A stretch of 64,000 nucleotides of DNA from Gemmatimonadales bacterium (GTDB lineage Bacteria; Gemmatimonadota; Gemmatimonadetes; Gemmatimonadales; GWC2-71-9): assembly GCA_037189525.1 (NCBI GenBank), contig JBBCJC010000002.1, positions 1,184,001-1,248,000 on the forward strand. The letters run 5' to 3'. The translations under genes and the position numbers were made by a program. Under the pieces are notes generated by a model. It saw only the letters and a program-made list of their open reading frames with translations, did not search any database and was not told the origin of the DNA. Every line of letters starts with the position of its first letter. Position 1 is the stretch's first letter. This document shows, in pieces, positions 12,290 through 20,974 of this stretch.

Positions 12290-12296
12290 TCACCCC

Positions 12297-12749
12297 ATGG
12301 TGCTGCTCGGGATCGTGTTTGCGCTGTTGCTCGGCATCGGTCTCTCGATACAGACCGGGGTCAACACGTCGCTCCGGACCGCGCTGGGCAGTCCGCTCCA
12401 TGCGACGGTGGTCAACTTCCTGGTGGGTACGGCGCTGGTCCTCGTGGTGGCCGGGGTCGCGGTGCTGACCGGCACCAGGGCGCCGGCGCTTGCCACGCTG
12501 GGCCGGACGCCCGGCTGGATGTTTGCCGGCGGCATCATCGGCGCGGTGTACGTGCTCGGCATGATCGTGCTCGCGCCCAAACTGGGTGCGGCCACGCTGA
12601 TGGCGCTGGTAATCACCGGCCAGCTGCTGGCCGCGCTGGTGCTCGATCACTACGGCTGGCTCGGCTTCTCGGTGCAGACGATCACGCCGACGCGGATCAT
12701 GGGCGCCGTTCTGCTGGTGCTGGGCGTGATCCTGGTCCGGCGAGGCTGA
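12297..12749 (+). CDS. DMT-family transporter (YdcZ-like)
   Basis: QTGVN..L, GQLLAALVLDHYGWLG; five hydrophobic segments. Confidence 0.85.
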   Translation: MVLLGIVFALLLGIGLSIQTGVNTSLRTALGSPLHATVVNFLVGTALVLVVAGVAVLTGTRAPALATLGRTPGWMFAGGIIGAVYVLGMIVLAPKLGAATLMALVITGQLLAALVLDHYGWLGFSVQTITPTRIMGAVLLVLGVILVRRG

Positions 12750-12757
12750 CGAAAGCA

Positions 12758-12795
12758 CAATCGCCACGGATGCGTTCTCCGTGGCGATTGGTTTG
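12758..12795. terminator. Terminator between convergent DMT and rtcB genes
   Basis: 13-bp perfect stem CAATCGCCACGGA/TCCGTGGCGATTG. Confidence 0.75.
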
Positions 12796-12816
12796 TGTTG
12801 ACTGATCCTGTGAGGG

Positions 12817-14034
12817 TCAGTCCTTGTAGGGGTCGAACTCGTCCGCGCCGGCCATCACGACGATCAACGGCCGGAGTGTATGCAGCACCTCGATGGTCTC
12901 ACCCTGCGCAGCGAGCACTTCGGGCAGGCGCCGGTAGGCGTGCGGGCTCTCGTCCAGCCCACCCCCTCGCAGGATCACCCCTTTCTCGCGCACCCAGCCG
13001 TGCATCATCGACGGCGTTACCAGTCCGGGGCGGAGCACCTTGCCGCTCCGATTGCGCTTCCCGGCCGCCTGGGTCCGTGACATCACGCGACCGGCACCAT
13101 GGACGGTCGAGAAGAGCGCCGCGGCCTGCACCGCCTGCACCTGCTCGTCGTCGGTGGTCCGTCCGCGCACGATCACGGCGTCGTCGCCCATCGAGCCGCC
13201 GATGAAGCCGGTCTGGTCCGGAAACGCCGGGGTTGCGCCCTTCCGGATCACCACCAGCGACCGGCCGCCATGCTCCTCGCGCCAGGCGAAGTTGTGGTGG
13301 TTGTGGACCAACTCCACTTCCTGCCCACCGAGCAAGGACATCACCTTGCGCGCCACCCATTCCCGTCCGGCATAGGCGTACCGGCCTGCCAGGGTCATCA
13401 GGGTCCAGTAGTCGTGGCCGATCGGGCTCGACAGGTCGAGCAGGACCTCCCGTTCGGGAACGCGTGCGCCCCAGGCCTCGTTCTGCCCCAGCGCCAGGAA
13501 CCCCGACGCCACGGTATGACCGAAGCCTCGGCTGCCGAAGTGGACTCCGACCCAGAGGACACCGCTTTCATCGGCAAAGACGTCGACGTAGTGGTTCCCG
13601 CTGCCCACCGTGCCGAGCTGGCGACGGGCCTTGGCGCGCAGAGCGTCACGATGGGCGGCGGGGACGGCCTCCCATCCTTCGTCCTCGAAGAGCGGATGGT
13701 CGACCGGCGCATCGTCCGCCTGGTTTTTGCGGCCGACTCCGAAGCTCACCGCATTCGCGATGGCGTCGGCCAGCGCAGCAAGCGCTGCCGGCCGGCGCGC
13801 CGGGTCCGGTTCGAAATCCTCGAGACGGCGATCGGTCCGGATTGCGGCGTTGCCGCAGGCGATGTCGAACCCGACGCCGACCACGGACACCTGGTCGTCG
13901 TAGGCCGCGACCCCGCCGATCGGCATCACGTAGCCGACGTGCCCGTCGGCCATCAGCGCCACGCGCTCCGCGCGGGAGGCGACATCCGCGATCTGCGCCA
14001 GCGTCTTGTCGTCGTGCGCACCGAAAATCTGCAT
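12817..14034 (-). CDS. rtcB: RtcB-family RNA ligase
   Basis: MADGHVGYVMPIG, DIACG, GTVGSGNHY, HFGSRG, HNHHN, RKGATP, HGAGR, DESPHAYR. RBS GGAGGT precedes ATG 14034, so the ORF-track start at 14208 is too long. Confidence 0.93.
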   Translation of the reverse strand: MQIFGAHDDKTLAQIADVASRAERVALMADGHVGYVMPIGGVAAYDDQVSVVGVGFDIACGNAAIRTDRRLEDFEPDPARRPAALAALADAIANAVSFGVGRKNQADDAPVDHPLFEDEGWEAVPAAHRDALRAKARRQLGTVGSGNHYVDVFADESGVLWVGVHFGSRGFGHTVASGFLALGQNEAWGARVPEREVLLDLSSPIGHDYWTLMTLAGRYAYAGREWVARKVMSLLGGQEVELVHNHHNFAWREEHGGRSLVVIRKGATPAFPDQTGFIGGSMGDDAVIVRGRTTDDEQVQAVQAAALFSTVHGAGRVMSRTQAAGKRNRSGKVLRPGLVTPSMMHGWVREKGVILRGGGLDESPHAYRRLPEVLAAQGETIEVLHTLRPLIVVMAGADEFDPYKD

Positions 14035-14036
14035 CG

Positions 14037-14201
14037 TCAGACCTCCGCCAATGCGGTGGCGGCGGGGGAGGTGGGCTCCCCCGCGGTCCGGTTGTCGCCA
14101 TCGCCGGATTCCCGTACCGGTGCCGGTGCGGAATTCCCAACCGTCGGGGCCGGGCTCGGGATCAGCCGGCGGGACGGGAGATAGATGGTTGGCTTCAACA
14201 T
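14037..14201 (-). CDS. Putative small 54-aa ORF abutting rtcB
   Basis: MLKPTIYLPSRRLIPSPAP...ATALAEV*, AGGAAG upstream; its stop lies 2 nt before the rtcB ATG. Confidence 0.35.
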   Translation of the reverse strand: MLKPTIYLPSRRLIPSPAPTVGNSAPAPVRESGDGDNRTAGEPTSPAATALAEV

Positions 14202-14274
14202 GATGCACTCACTTCCTGGTTCATTCGGGCGTCGGTGCGCAGCAGGCGCTTCGTGCTTCCGACGTTTCGGTCGA

Positions 14275-14607
14275 TCAGAGATCGAGCCGCTCGTCGCCGT
14301 CGCCGTCGTCGCCCCGCGCCCGTTGTTCATCTCGCAAACGCTTCCAGCGGGCGTGGCTGTCGGCGCGTTGTGCTTCCGTGCTCTGGCTGATCGACCAGAT
14401 GGCCCGTGCTCGGACCCGGATCCGGGCGCCCGAGAGATCGACGAAGGTGATCCAGTCGACCGGCGGGGTGGCATCGAGCTGCGCCTCGATGTGCCGCGCC
14501 ATGGCCGTGCTCACCAACCAGCTCGGTCCCCGGGTTTCCACTTCGAAGTGGTCCAGGTCGGACGATTCGGATACTTCGTGGTCGATCTTCTCGTTGGACT
14601 CGCTCAT
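14275..14607 (-). CDS. Hypothetical protein, first gene of the rtcB operon
   Basis: Strong RBS GGAGGAGGAG; 110 aa with a globular-looking core (WITFVDLSGARIRVRARAIWSISQST). Confidence 0.7.
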   Translation of the reverse strand: MSESNEKIDHEVSESSDLDHFEVETRGPSWLVSTAMARHIEAQLDATPPVDWITFVDLSGARIRVRARAIWSISQSTEAQRADSHARWKRLRDEQRARGDDGDGDERLDL

Positions 14608-14624
14608 CGAGTCTCCTCCTCCGC

Positions 14625-14666
14625 AAAAACGAAACGCCCCACCTCGATCGGGATGCGAGGTGGGGC
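14625..14666 (-). terminator. Attenuator terminator in the 5' leader of the hyp-rtcB operon
   Basis: On the mRNA: GCCCCACCTCG-loop-CGAGGTGGGGC then GTTTCGTTTTT, immediately before the RBS of the first gene. Confidence 0.85.
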
Positions 14667-14694
14667 ATCGAACACAGCGTCGCGTATCGCAATG

Positions 14695-14790
14695 CTAACT
14701 GTGACGAAGCCTCCACCGGGATTCCAAACGCGCCAAGCTGCCCGATGTCCGGGTCTGGCGAGCGCCTGGGTTGAAGTCGTATCTCGGCAT
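14695..14790 (-). CDS. Putative leader (attenuator) peptide, 31 aa: MPRYDFNPGARQTRTSGSLARLESRWRLRHS
   Basis: Short ORF between a sigma70 promoter and a terminator. Its last codons are complementary to the terminator 5' arm. SD is weak. Confidence 0.6.
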   Translation of the reverse strand: MPRYDFNPGARQTRTSGSLARLESRWRLRHS

Positions 14791-14863
14791 GGTGATCTGC
14801 GTCACAAAAGTCAGTCCCGTCGATCCGCGCGCCCGACCGTCGGGCATGTGTTACGGGAGGCAC

Positions 14864-14892
14864 ACGATACGAACGGACTCCGGTTTTGTCAA
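14864..14892 (-). promoter_or_regulatory. Sigma70 promoter of the rtcB leader
   Basis: TTGACA (14892-14887), 17-nt spacer, TATCGT (14869-14864). Confidence 0.75.
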
Positions 14893-15026
14893 CGGGCGCC
14901 ACCGGGGCATCTGGCCGCCTTCTTGCCGGTGGAAGGGTGCGCTGCAGGTGCGCGCCGGACGGGGTGGGCCTTTATCTTCCGGCGGGGGGAATGGCGGGTC
15001 ATCGAAACAGTCAGAGGGGAGAGTCC

Positions 15027-15629
15027 ATGGGGGCGAGCAAGAACCGATCGGTGCGGGCCAGTCTCGCGGTCGTGATCGGACTGGTCATGGCGGCGCCGGC
15101 CGCCGCGCAGAACAAGGGAATCGAGCTGAATGGATTTGCCGGGCTTTATGCGCCGATGGACGAAAACGGCCTCGAAGGCACCCGTGAAGCGGTGCGGCGT
15201 GGCTCGCTCGCCTTTGGCGGACGTCTCGGCTACTGGTCCGGCGGTCTCCTCGGTGTCGAGGCCGTCGGCGCCTTCTCCCAGGCGCGGATGCGGGTGACCC
15301 TCAATTCCGGGTCGCAGTTTGCGCGGGGGACGTATTTCGGCGCGGGTGGCGGCAAGCTCATGCTCAATCTGACGCCGAAGAGCACGCTCCTGGGTCTGGC
15401 CATCGGGGGTGGCCCGGCGTTGGTGATGTTCGGCAAGTCGGTGAGGGATTCCGACGAAAAGGACTCGTTCATGGGCGGTGTGGCTGGCGCGACGCTGCGT
15501 CTCAATGTCGGCCAGAATGTGGCGCTCCGCGGCGACGTGGAGGATTTCCTGTACAGCGCCGATTTCGGGCTGGGCAAGAAGCTGCGCCATGATCTCCTGC
15601 TGAGCGGCGGTATTTCGATTCAGTTCTAG
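15027..15629 (+). CDS. Small outer-membrane beta-barrel protein
   Basis: Signal peptide ending AAA-Q, alternating Gly/hydrophobic strands, C-terminal Phe (GGISIQF). Confidence 0.75.
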   Translation: MGASKNRSVRASLAVVIGLVMAAPAAAQNKGIELNGFAGLYAPMDENGLEGTREAVRRGSLAFGGRLGYWSGGLLGVEAVGAFSQARMRVTLNSGSQFARGTYFGAGGGKLMLNLTPKSTLLGLAIGGGPALVMFGKSVRDSDEKDSFMGGVAGATLRLNVGQNVALRGDVEDFLYSADFGLGKKLRHDLLLSGGISIQF

Positions 15630-15638
15630 GCTGGTACG

Positions 15639-15668
15639 GGGCGGGTTCCTTGTGAGCCCGCCCTTTCA
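15639..15668 (+). terminator. Intrinsic terminator
   Basis: GGGCGGGTTC/GAGCCCGCCC stem followed by TTTC. Confidence 0.65.
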
Positions 15669-15786
15669 TTGTGTCTGATCATCATATTGGTCTCGGTTTA
15701 GGGTGGGGGATATTGCCCTCCCGCCTGGTGTCAGAGGCTGTCGCGCCGTAGTTGTGTGCTTCGAAGTCAATCCGTAGCTTGAACGG

Positions 15787-16653
15787 ATGCGACGGATCAC
15801 GCTTTTTCTCTCCGCGGCGGTCCTGGCGGCATGTGGGCCGGCACCGGACGCAGCACCCCCCGTCGTCGAGACGCCCGCCTACCGGATTCCGACCGACGCC
15901 GAGATTCCCGATGGTCCGGTCGGCGTATCGATCCGGCGGGGCCGAGCCCTCCTGGCGGCGACCCGTGACAGCCTGCCCGACAACGTCGGGAACCGTCTCA
16001 ACTGCACCAGTTGTCATCTCGAGAACGGGACGCTGGCCCACGCGGCGCCGTGGATCGGGATCTACAGCCGGTTTCCCCAGTATCGATCCCGGAATGCCAA
16101 GGTCAACCTGATCGAAGACCGGATCAACGACTGTTTCGAACGCAGCATGGTGGGTAAGGGGCTGGCGCGTGACAGTCGGGATATGACCGACATCATCGCC
16201 TACATGGCCTTTCTGTCGCGCGGGGTGGCTCCGCCTGGCGACGTGCCGGGGCAAGGCTTCCGGCAACTGGAGCCGCTGGCGCCGGATACCGTTCGGGGCC
16301 GGTTGCTGTATGTCCAGCAGTGCGTCCGCTGTCACGGGGCCAACGGTGAGGGCATGACCAATCCGCATCCCGACAGCTTCCCGGCGTACTATCCGCCGGT
16401 CTGGGGAGACGAGTCCTATTCGATCGGCGCGGGCATGGCGCGGCTTCGGACTGCCGCCGCGTTCATTCGGGCCAACATGCCGTTCGATGCCAAGGGAACG
16501 CTGACCGATCAGCAGGCATTCGACATCGCCGGGTACATCGTATCCCGGTCGCGGCCGGATTTCGCCCGAAAGGCCGAGGACTGGCCCAAAGGAGACCCGC
16601 CGCCGGATGTGGCATATTCGACCAAGGCCGGCAGGGCGCCGACCGGTCGTTGA
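15787..16653 (+). CDS. tsdA: Diheme cytochrome c, thiosulfate dehydrogenase TsdA-like lipoprotein
   Basis: Lipobox LAAC; CTSCH and CVRCH heme motifs; RINDCFERSM (axial/catalytic Cys); PPVWG..SY.IGAGMAR...NMP. Confidence 0.78.
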   Translation: MRRITLFLSAAVLAACGPAPDAAPPVVETPAYRIPTDAEIPDGPVGVSIRRGRALLAATRDSLPDNVGNRLNCTSCHLENGTLAHAAPWIGIYSRFPQYRSRNAKVNLIEDRINDCFERSMVGKGLARDSRDMTDIIAYMAFLSRGVAPPGDVPGQGFRQLEPLAPDTVRGRLLYVQQCVRCHGANGEGMTNPHPDSFPAYYPPVWGDESYSIGAGMARLRTAAAFIRANMPFDAKGTLTDQQAFDIAGYIVSRSRPDFARKAEDWPKGDPPPDVAYSTKAGRAPTGR

Positions 16654-16681
16654 GACGCGCCAAGGCGCGAAGGAGGAGCGG

Positions 16682-17341
16682 ATGCTGTTCGAACGGATCA
16701 AGCGGCGAGGGTTTTTGGCGGGTCTGGGCACACTCGCGGCGGGAGCGGTCGCGGCCGACCCGATCGCTGCCCAGCAGCCCAAGGTGCACGAGGCGGATCG
16801 CTGGGTGCTTGGCGTCAAAGGCAGCCATCGGCAGCTCTTCGATTTCAATGCGCATGGCGGTGGGCTGCCGCTGATCCACATGCACAATTTCATCGAGACC
16901 CTCAAGTCGGCGTATCAGGTGCCGGGGTCCGACATCAACGTCGTCGGCACCTTCTACGGAGGGTCGACGCCGCTGGCTTGGAACGATGCGATGTGGGCCA
17001 AGTACAACGTCGGAAGCGCCCTCGGGATCGAAGACCCGGCAACCAAGCAGCCGTTGACCCGGAACTGGTTCAGTCGCCCGGCGGAGGGAGATCCGGTCTT
17101 CATGAACGGGGCGTTCAAGGATGCTTCGATTGTGAGCCTGCAGAGTCGCGGGGCCATCTTCCTGCTCTGCAACAACGCGTTGCGCACCTGGGTCAACCGA
17201 TTGGCGGGCAGCGGCGGGAATGCCGCCGCGATCGATCAGGAGTTGCGCGCCAACCTGCTGCCCGGTGTGATCGTGGTGCCGGCGATGGTCGTTGCCGTCG
17301 AGGTGGCGCACCGGCACGGGTTGGCCTACTCGCGGACCTGA
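16682..17341 (+). CDS. Tat-exported DsrE/F-like protein
   Basis: Twin-arginine signal KRRGFL; RGAIFLLCNNAL and VIVVPAMVV..GLAY resemble the DsrE fold. Confidence 0.55.
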   Translation: MLFERIKRRGFLAGLGTLAAGAVAADPIAAQQPKVHEADRWVLGVKGSHRQLFDFNAHGGGLPLIHMHNFIETLKSAYQVPGSDINVVGTFYGGSTPLAWNDAMWAKYNVGSALGIEDPATKQPLTRNWFSRPAEGDPVFMNGAFKDASIVSLQSRGAIFLLCNNALRTWVNRLAGSGGNAAAIDQELRANLLPGVIVVPAMVVAVEVAHRHGLAYSRT

Positions 17342-17354
17342 CGCGCGTTCGGGG

Positions 17355-17786
17355 TCAGTCTCGGCCCTTCCAGCGCTCGATGGCGCGCCGCTGTTTCTTG
17401 GTTGGCCGACCGGCTCCGTCGTAGTAGATGGGATTCTGCAGGCGGAGCCGGTCCGCCGTCGCTTGGCGCGCGGCCAGGCTCTCCGGGGTTTCGAGGTACA
17501 GGGTCGCCGCTACGCTGGCCGATCCGCGCCGTTCGGCGAGACCGGTGACCTGGAGTTCATGGCGATAGGGGCCGTTCCGGAGACTGATCCGGTCGCCGAC
17601 GCGCACCAGCTTGCTGCGCTTGGCCGCGGAGTCGTTGAGGTCGACCTTGCCCCCGTCGATGGCTTCGGCGGCCAGGCTCCTGGTTTTGTAGAACCGGGCG
17701 GCCCAGAGCCAGAGGTCGAGCCGAACGCCACCGGGTGACGCTGGTTCTCCCCGGTCCGGTGTGTCGATCCTCGGTCGTTTCGTCAC
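17355..17786 (-). CDS. hslR: Ribosome-associated heat shock protein Hsp15 (S4 domain)
   Basis: VRLDLWLWAARFYKTRSLA, RRGSASVAATLY, GRPTKKQRR. GTG start chosen from RBS GAGGT. Confidence 0.9.
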   Translation of the reverse strand: MTKRPRIDTPDRGEPASPGGVRLDLWLWAARFYKTRSLAAEAIDGGKVDLNDSAAKRSKLVRVGDRISLRNGPYRHELQVTGLAERRGSASVAATLYLETPESLAARQATADRLRLQNPIYYDGAGRPTKKQRRAIERWKGRD

Positions 17787-17855
17787 CTTGCTACCTCGTG
17801 CCCGCCCTGGCGTTCCTATTAACTTAGCGGGTTGCCACTCAATCCGAACGCGGAT

Positions 17856-19595
17856 ATGACCCAGCGGGTACCGTCGGAACCAGCGTCGCGCACGCACCTG
17901 TCTGACCGGGCCGACGAGGTCCTGATCGATACGCGTGTCAGCCTACCCGGTTTCCCGGTGCTGATGCGCTGGTTGCTGGTCGGGCGTACGCTGCTTGCCG
18001 TGCTGACGCTGGTACAGGCGGCGCTGGCCTTTACCCGCGCTCCGGAATCCGTCGCGGGCGATGCGGCCCGATACGTCGCGTTCGTCGCGGTCATCACGGT
18101 CGTGCTGGCGTTGGCGGTGACGGGGTATGCCGCCTACGTGGTTTTCGTTAGGCGGGAGCGTCCCGGACTCGGCTTCCTGCAGACGCAGGCGGCGATGGAC
18201 CTGCTCCTGGTCACGGCGCTGGTGCACTTTGCCGGTGCGGAGCAGAGCGGCTGGGCAGCACTGTACGTGCTCGTGATCGCGATGTACGGCCTGATGATGC
18301 CGCTCCGGTCCGGGATCGTGATGGCGGTTTTCGGGTCGGTGCTGTTCCTGGCCAACGCGAGCCTGGCCTATCCCGAGCGCGCAACGGCGCCCGGCCTCTG
18401 GGGCCAGGTGGTGGTTTTCACCCTGGTTTTCGTCTTCGTCACGTTCCTGGGGCAGCGGCTCCGGCGGGTGGCCGAGGAGCAGACCCAGCTCGAGAGCGAG
18501 CTGGAGCAGGTCCGGTTCCAGGCCGATGAGATCCTCCGGAACATCCGGTCCGGGGTGCTGACCGTCAACGGCCGGGGGGAACTGGCCTTCATCAACCCGA
18601 CGGCGGAGCAGATCCTCGATCTCTCAGAAGAATGGCTCGGGCGGCCGATACTGGAAACGCTGGAGGAGCGCGCCCCGGAGCTCCATCAGGCGGTGACGGG
18701 GGGGATCGAAACCGGCCGCCGGGTGGCGCGGGCGGAGGGGCAGGTGCGGCGGCGGAGCGGGCGGACGTTCCCGATCGGGCTCAGCACCACCACGTTCCGG
18801 CGGGAGGCCGAGACGGTCCCGTCCGTGACGGCGATCTTTACGGATATTTCGGATGCGCAGCATCTCCGCGAGCTGCATCTGCGGGCCGAGCGGCTGGAGG
18901 CGGTGGCGGCGCTGTCGGCTTCGCTGGCGCACGAGATCCGGAATCCGCTGGCCTCGATTCGGAGCGCGGTCGAGCAGCTGGTCCGGACCAGGAGCGACGA
19001 TCCGGATGAGCGCGTCCTGGGCGATCTGGTGCTTCGCGAGAGCGATCGTCTGAGCCGGTTGCTGGGCGAATTTCTGGACTTTTCCCGAGTGCGGGCCAGC
19101 CATTTTCGGATGGTCAACCTCCATTCGGTCGCGACGGATGCCGCACGGTTGGTGCGCGAGCATCCGGACTACGGGGCCGGAGTGGAGTTGGTCGTGTCGG
19201 GCGCGCCGGTGCTGGTGCAGGCGGATGAGGATCTGGTGCATCGGATCGTCTGGAATCTGATGCTCAACGCGGCCCAGGCGCTGCGTGGCACCGGCCGGAT
19301 CGAAGTGACGATCGATATGCCGCCGCCGAGCGAGCTGCCGAGTGGCGTGGCGTTCGAGCAGGTCGTGCGGCTTCGGGTCTCGGACAACGGGCCCGGGATC
19401 GATCCGGAAATTCGGGATCGTCTGTTTGAACCGTTTGCATCGGGCCGGCCCGGTGGCAGCGGGCTGGGGCTCGCGATCGTTCAGCGCGCGGTCGAGTCGC
19501 ACCGCGGTCTGGTGCTGGTCGATTCGGAGCCGGGGCAGGGCACCACCTTTACCATTTTGCTGCACGTGAAGATGACGATGGAGGACGCGGCATGA
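17856..19595 (+). CDS. pilS: PilS-like membrane PAS sensor histidine kinase
   Basis: About 6 TM segments, PAS region, LAHEIRNPL H-box, N-box NLMLNAAQA, DNGPG, GSGLGL. Confidence 0.8.
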   Translation: MTQRVPSEPASRTHLSDRADEVLIDTRVSLPGFPVLMRWLLVGRTLLAVLTLVQAALAFTRAPESVAGDAARYVAFVAVITVVLALAVTGYAAYVVFVRRERPGLGFLQTQAAMDLLLVTALVHFAGAEQSGWAALYVLVIAMYGLMMPLRSGIVMAVFGSVLFLANASLAYPERATAPGLWGQVVVFTLVFVFVTFLGQRLRRVAEEQTQLESELEQVRFQADEILRNIRSGVLTVNGRGELAFINPTAEQILDLSEEWLGRPILETLEERAPELHQAVTGGIETGRRVARAEGQVRRRSGRTFPIGLSTTTFRREAETVPSVTAIFTDISDAQHLRELHLRAERLEAVAALSASLAHEIRNPLASIRSAVEQLVRTRSDDPDERVLGDLVLRESDRLSRLLGEFLDFSRVRASHFRMVNLHSVATDAARLVREHPDYGAGVELVVSGAPVLVQADEDLVHRIVWNLMLNAAQALRGTGRIEVTIDMPPPSELPSGVAFEQVVRLRVSDNGPGIDPEIRDRLFEPFASGRPGGSGLGLAIVQRAVESHRGLVLVDSEPGQGTTFTILLHVKMTMEDAA

Positions 19596-20974
19596 GTCAG
19601 CAACCCTCGATCCTGATTGTCGACGACGAATCCGGAATCCTCGACACCCTTCGGATTCTGCTTCGCAAAGAGGGATTCGAGATCACGACGGCGCAGGGCG
19701 GTAAGGCTGGCCTGGAGCAGATCCGGGCCGGCAATCACGATATCGTCTTGACGGACGTCCGGATGCCGCAGGTGAGCGGGCTCGACATCCTGCAGGCGGC
19801 CAAGGATCAGGACGCCATGACGCCGGTCATTCTGATGACGGCGCAGGCATCGCTGCAAACCGCGGTGGCGGCCGTCAATGCCGGTGCCTTCTACTACATC
19901 CAGAAGCCGTTTTCGAACGACGAACTGCTCGCGATTCTGCGCCGGGCCTGCGAGTTCCGCCAGGTGCGCGTCGAGAATCGCTTGCTTCGGCAGGACATCC
20001 GGCGTCGCGGCAACGATCGTCCGTCGGTGTCCCGTCCCATCGGCAAGTCACGCCGCTTCCTCGATGTGCTGCGGTTGGCCGAGGTGGTGGCGCCGACCGA
20101 TTCGACGGTGCTGATCCAGGGTGAGAGCGGCACCGGTAAAGAGGTGCTGGCCCGTTACATCCACAATCTGTCGTCCCGGGCGGACGGTCCGTTCCTCTCG
20201 ATCAACTGCGGCGCCTTGCCGGAAAACCTGCTCGAGAGCGAACTCTTCGGTCACGTGAAGGGATCGTTTACGGGCGCGGTGCGCGACAAGCAGGGACTCT
20301 TCGCGGCGGCGCGCGGCGGCACCTTCTTCATGGACGAAGTGGGCGAAATGCCGCCCTCGCTCCAGATCAAGCTGTTGCGCGTGCTGCAGGAGCGCGAGGT
20401 CATTCCGGTCGGCGCCACGGAGGCCATTCCCGTCGACGTCCGGATCGTGGCCGCGACCAATCGGGATTTGGAGGAGGAGGTCCGGCGGGGGCATTTCCGA
20501 TCCGACCTGTTCTATCGCCTCAACGTGATTGCGCTCGACCTGCCCGCCTTGCGGGAGCGTCGCGACGATCTGATCCTCCTGATCGACGCCTTCCTGCAGG
20601 ATCTGAGCGTCGAGCGGAGCGACAACCCGCGGGCGCTGTCGTCCGAGGCGCTCGATGCGGTGATGGTGTACGACTGGCCGGGCAACGTCCGGGAGCTGCA
20701 GAACGCGCTCGAGCATGCCGTAGTGCTGTCGAAGGGCGACGTGATCGAGCCGACGGCGTTGCCGGAGCGGATCACCCGTCGGCGGCGGGAGCCGTTGATT
20801 GCGGAGCGATCGTCGCCCAACCCGTCGCTCGAAATCGTGGAGCGCGCCTACATCATGTGGGTGCTGCAGTCGGAGGGCGGCAACAAGACGCGGGCGGCCG
20901 AAGTGCTCGGCATCGATCCGTCGACGCTCTATCGCAAGCTGTCGCGGTACGAGGAGCAGAGCGCCAGTGCCTGA
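19592..20974 (+). CDS. pilR: PilR/NtrC-family sigma54-dependent response regulator
   Basis: Receiver domain, GESGTGKE, ESELFGH.KGSFTGA, WPGNVREL, Fis-type HTH. Confidence 0.82.
   Translation: MSQQPSILIVDDESGILDTLRILLRKEGFEITTAQGGKAGLEQIRAGNHDIVLTDVRMPQVSGLDILQAAKDQDAMTPVILMTAQASLQTAVAAVNAGAFYYIQKPFSNDELLAILRRACEFRQVRVENRLLRQDIRRRGNDRPSVSRPIGKSRRFLDVLRLAEVVAPTDSTVLIQGESGTGKEVLARYIHNLSSRADGPFLSINCGALPENLLESELFGHVKGSFTGAVRDKQGLFAAARGGTFFMDEVGEMPPSLQIKLLRVLQEREVIPVGATEAIPVDVRIVAATNRDLEEEVRRGHFRSDLFYRLNVIALDLPALRERRDDLILLIDAFLQDLSVERSDNPRALSSEALDAVMVYDWPGNVRELQNALEHAVVLSKGDVIEPTALPERITRRRREPLIAERSSPNPSLEIVERAYIMWVLQSEGGNKTRAAEVLGIDPSTLYRKLSRYEEQSASA

Noticed and set aside
14625..14860. Reading the rtcB leader as a 6S RNA, Y RNA, T-box or tRNA-like RNA
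   Set aside because: It can fold as a long rod, but I see no T-box UGGNACC, no cloverleaf and no Ro60 gene. The uORF plus antiterminator explains it better. An Rfam/Infernal scan would settle this.
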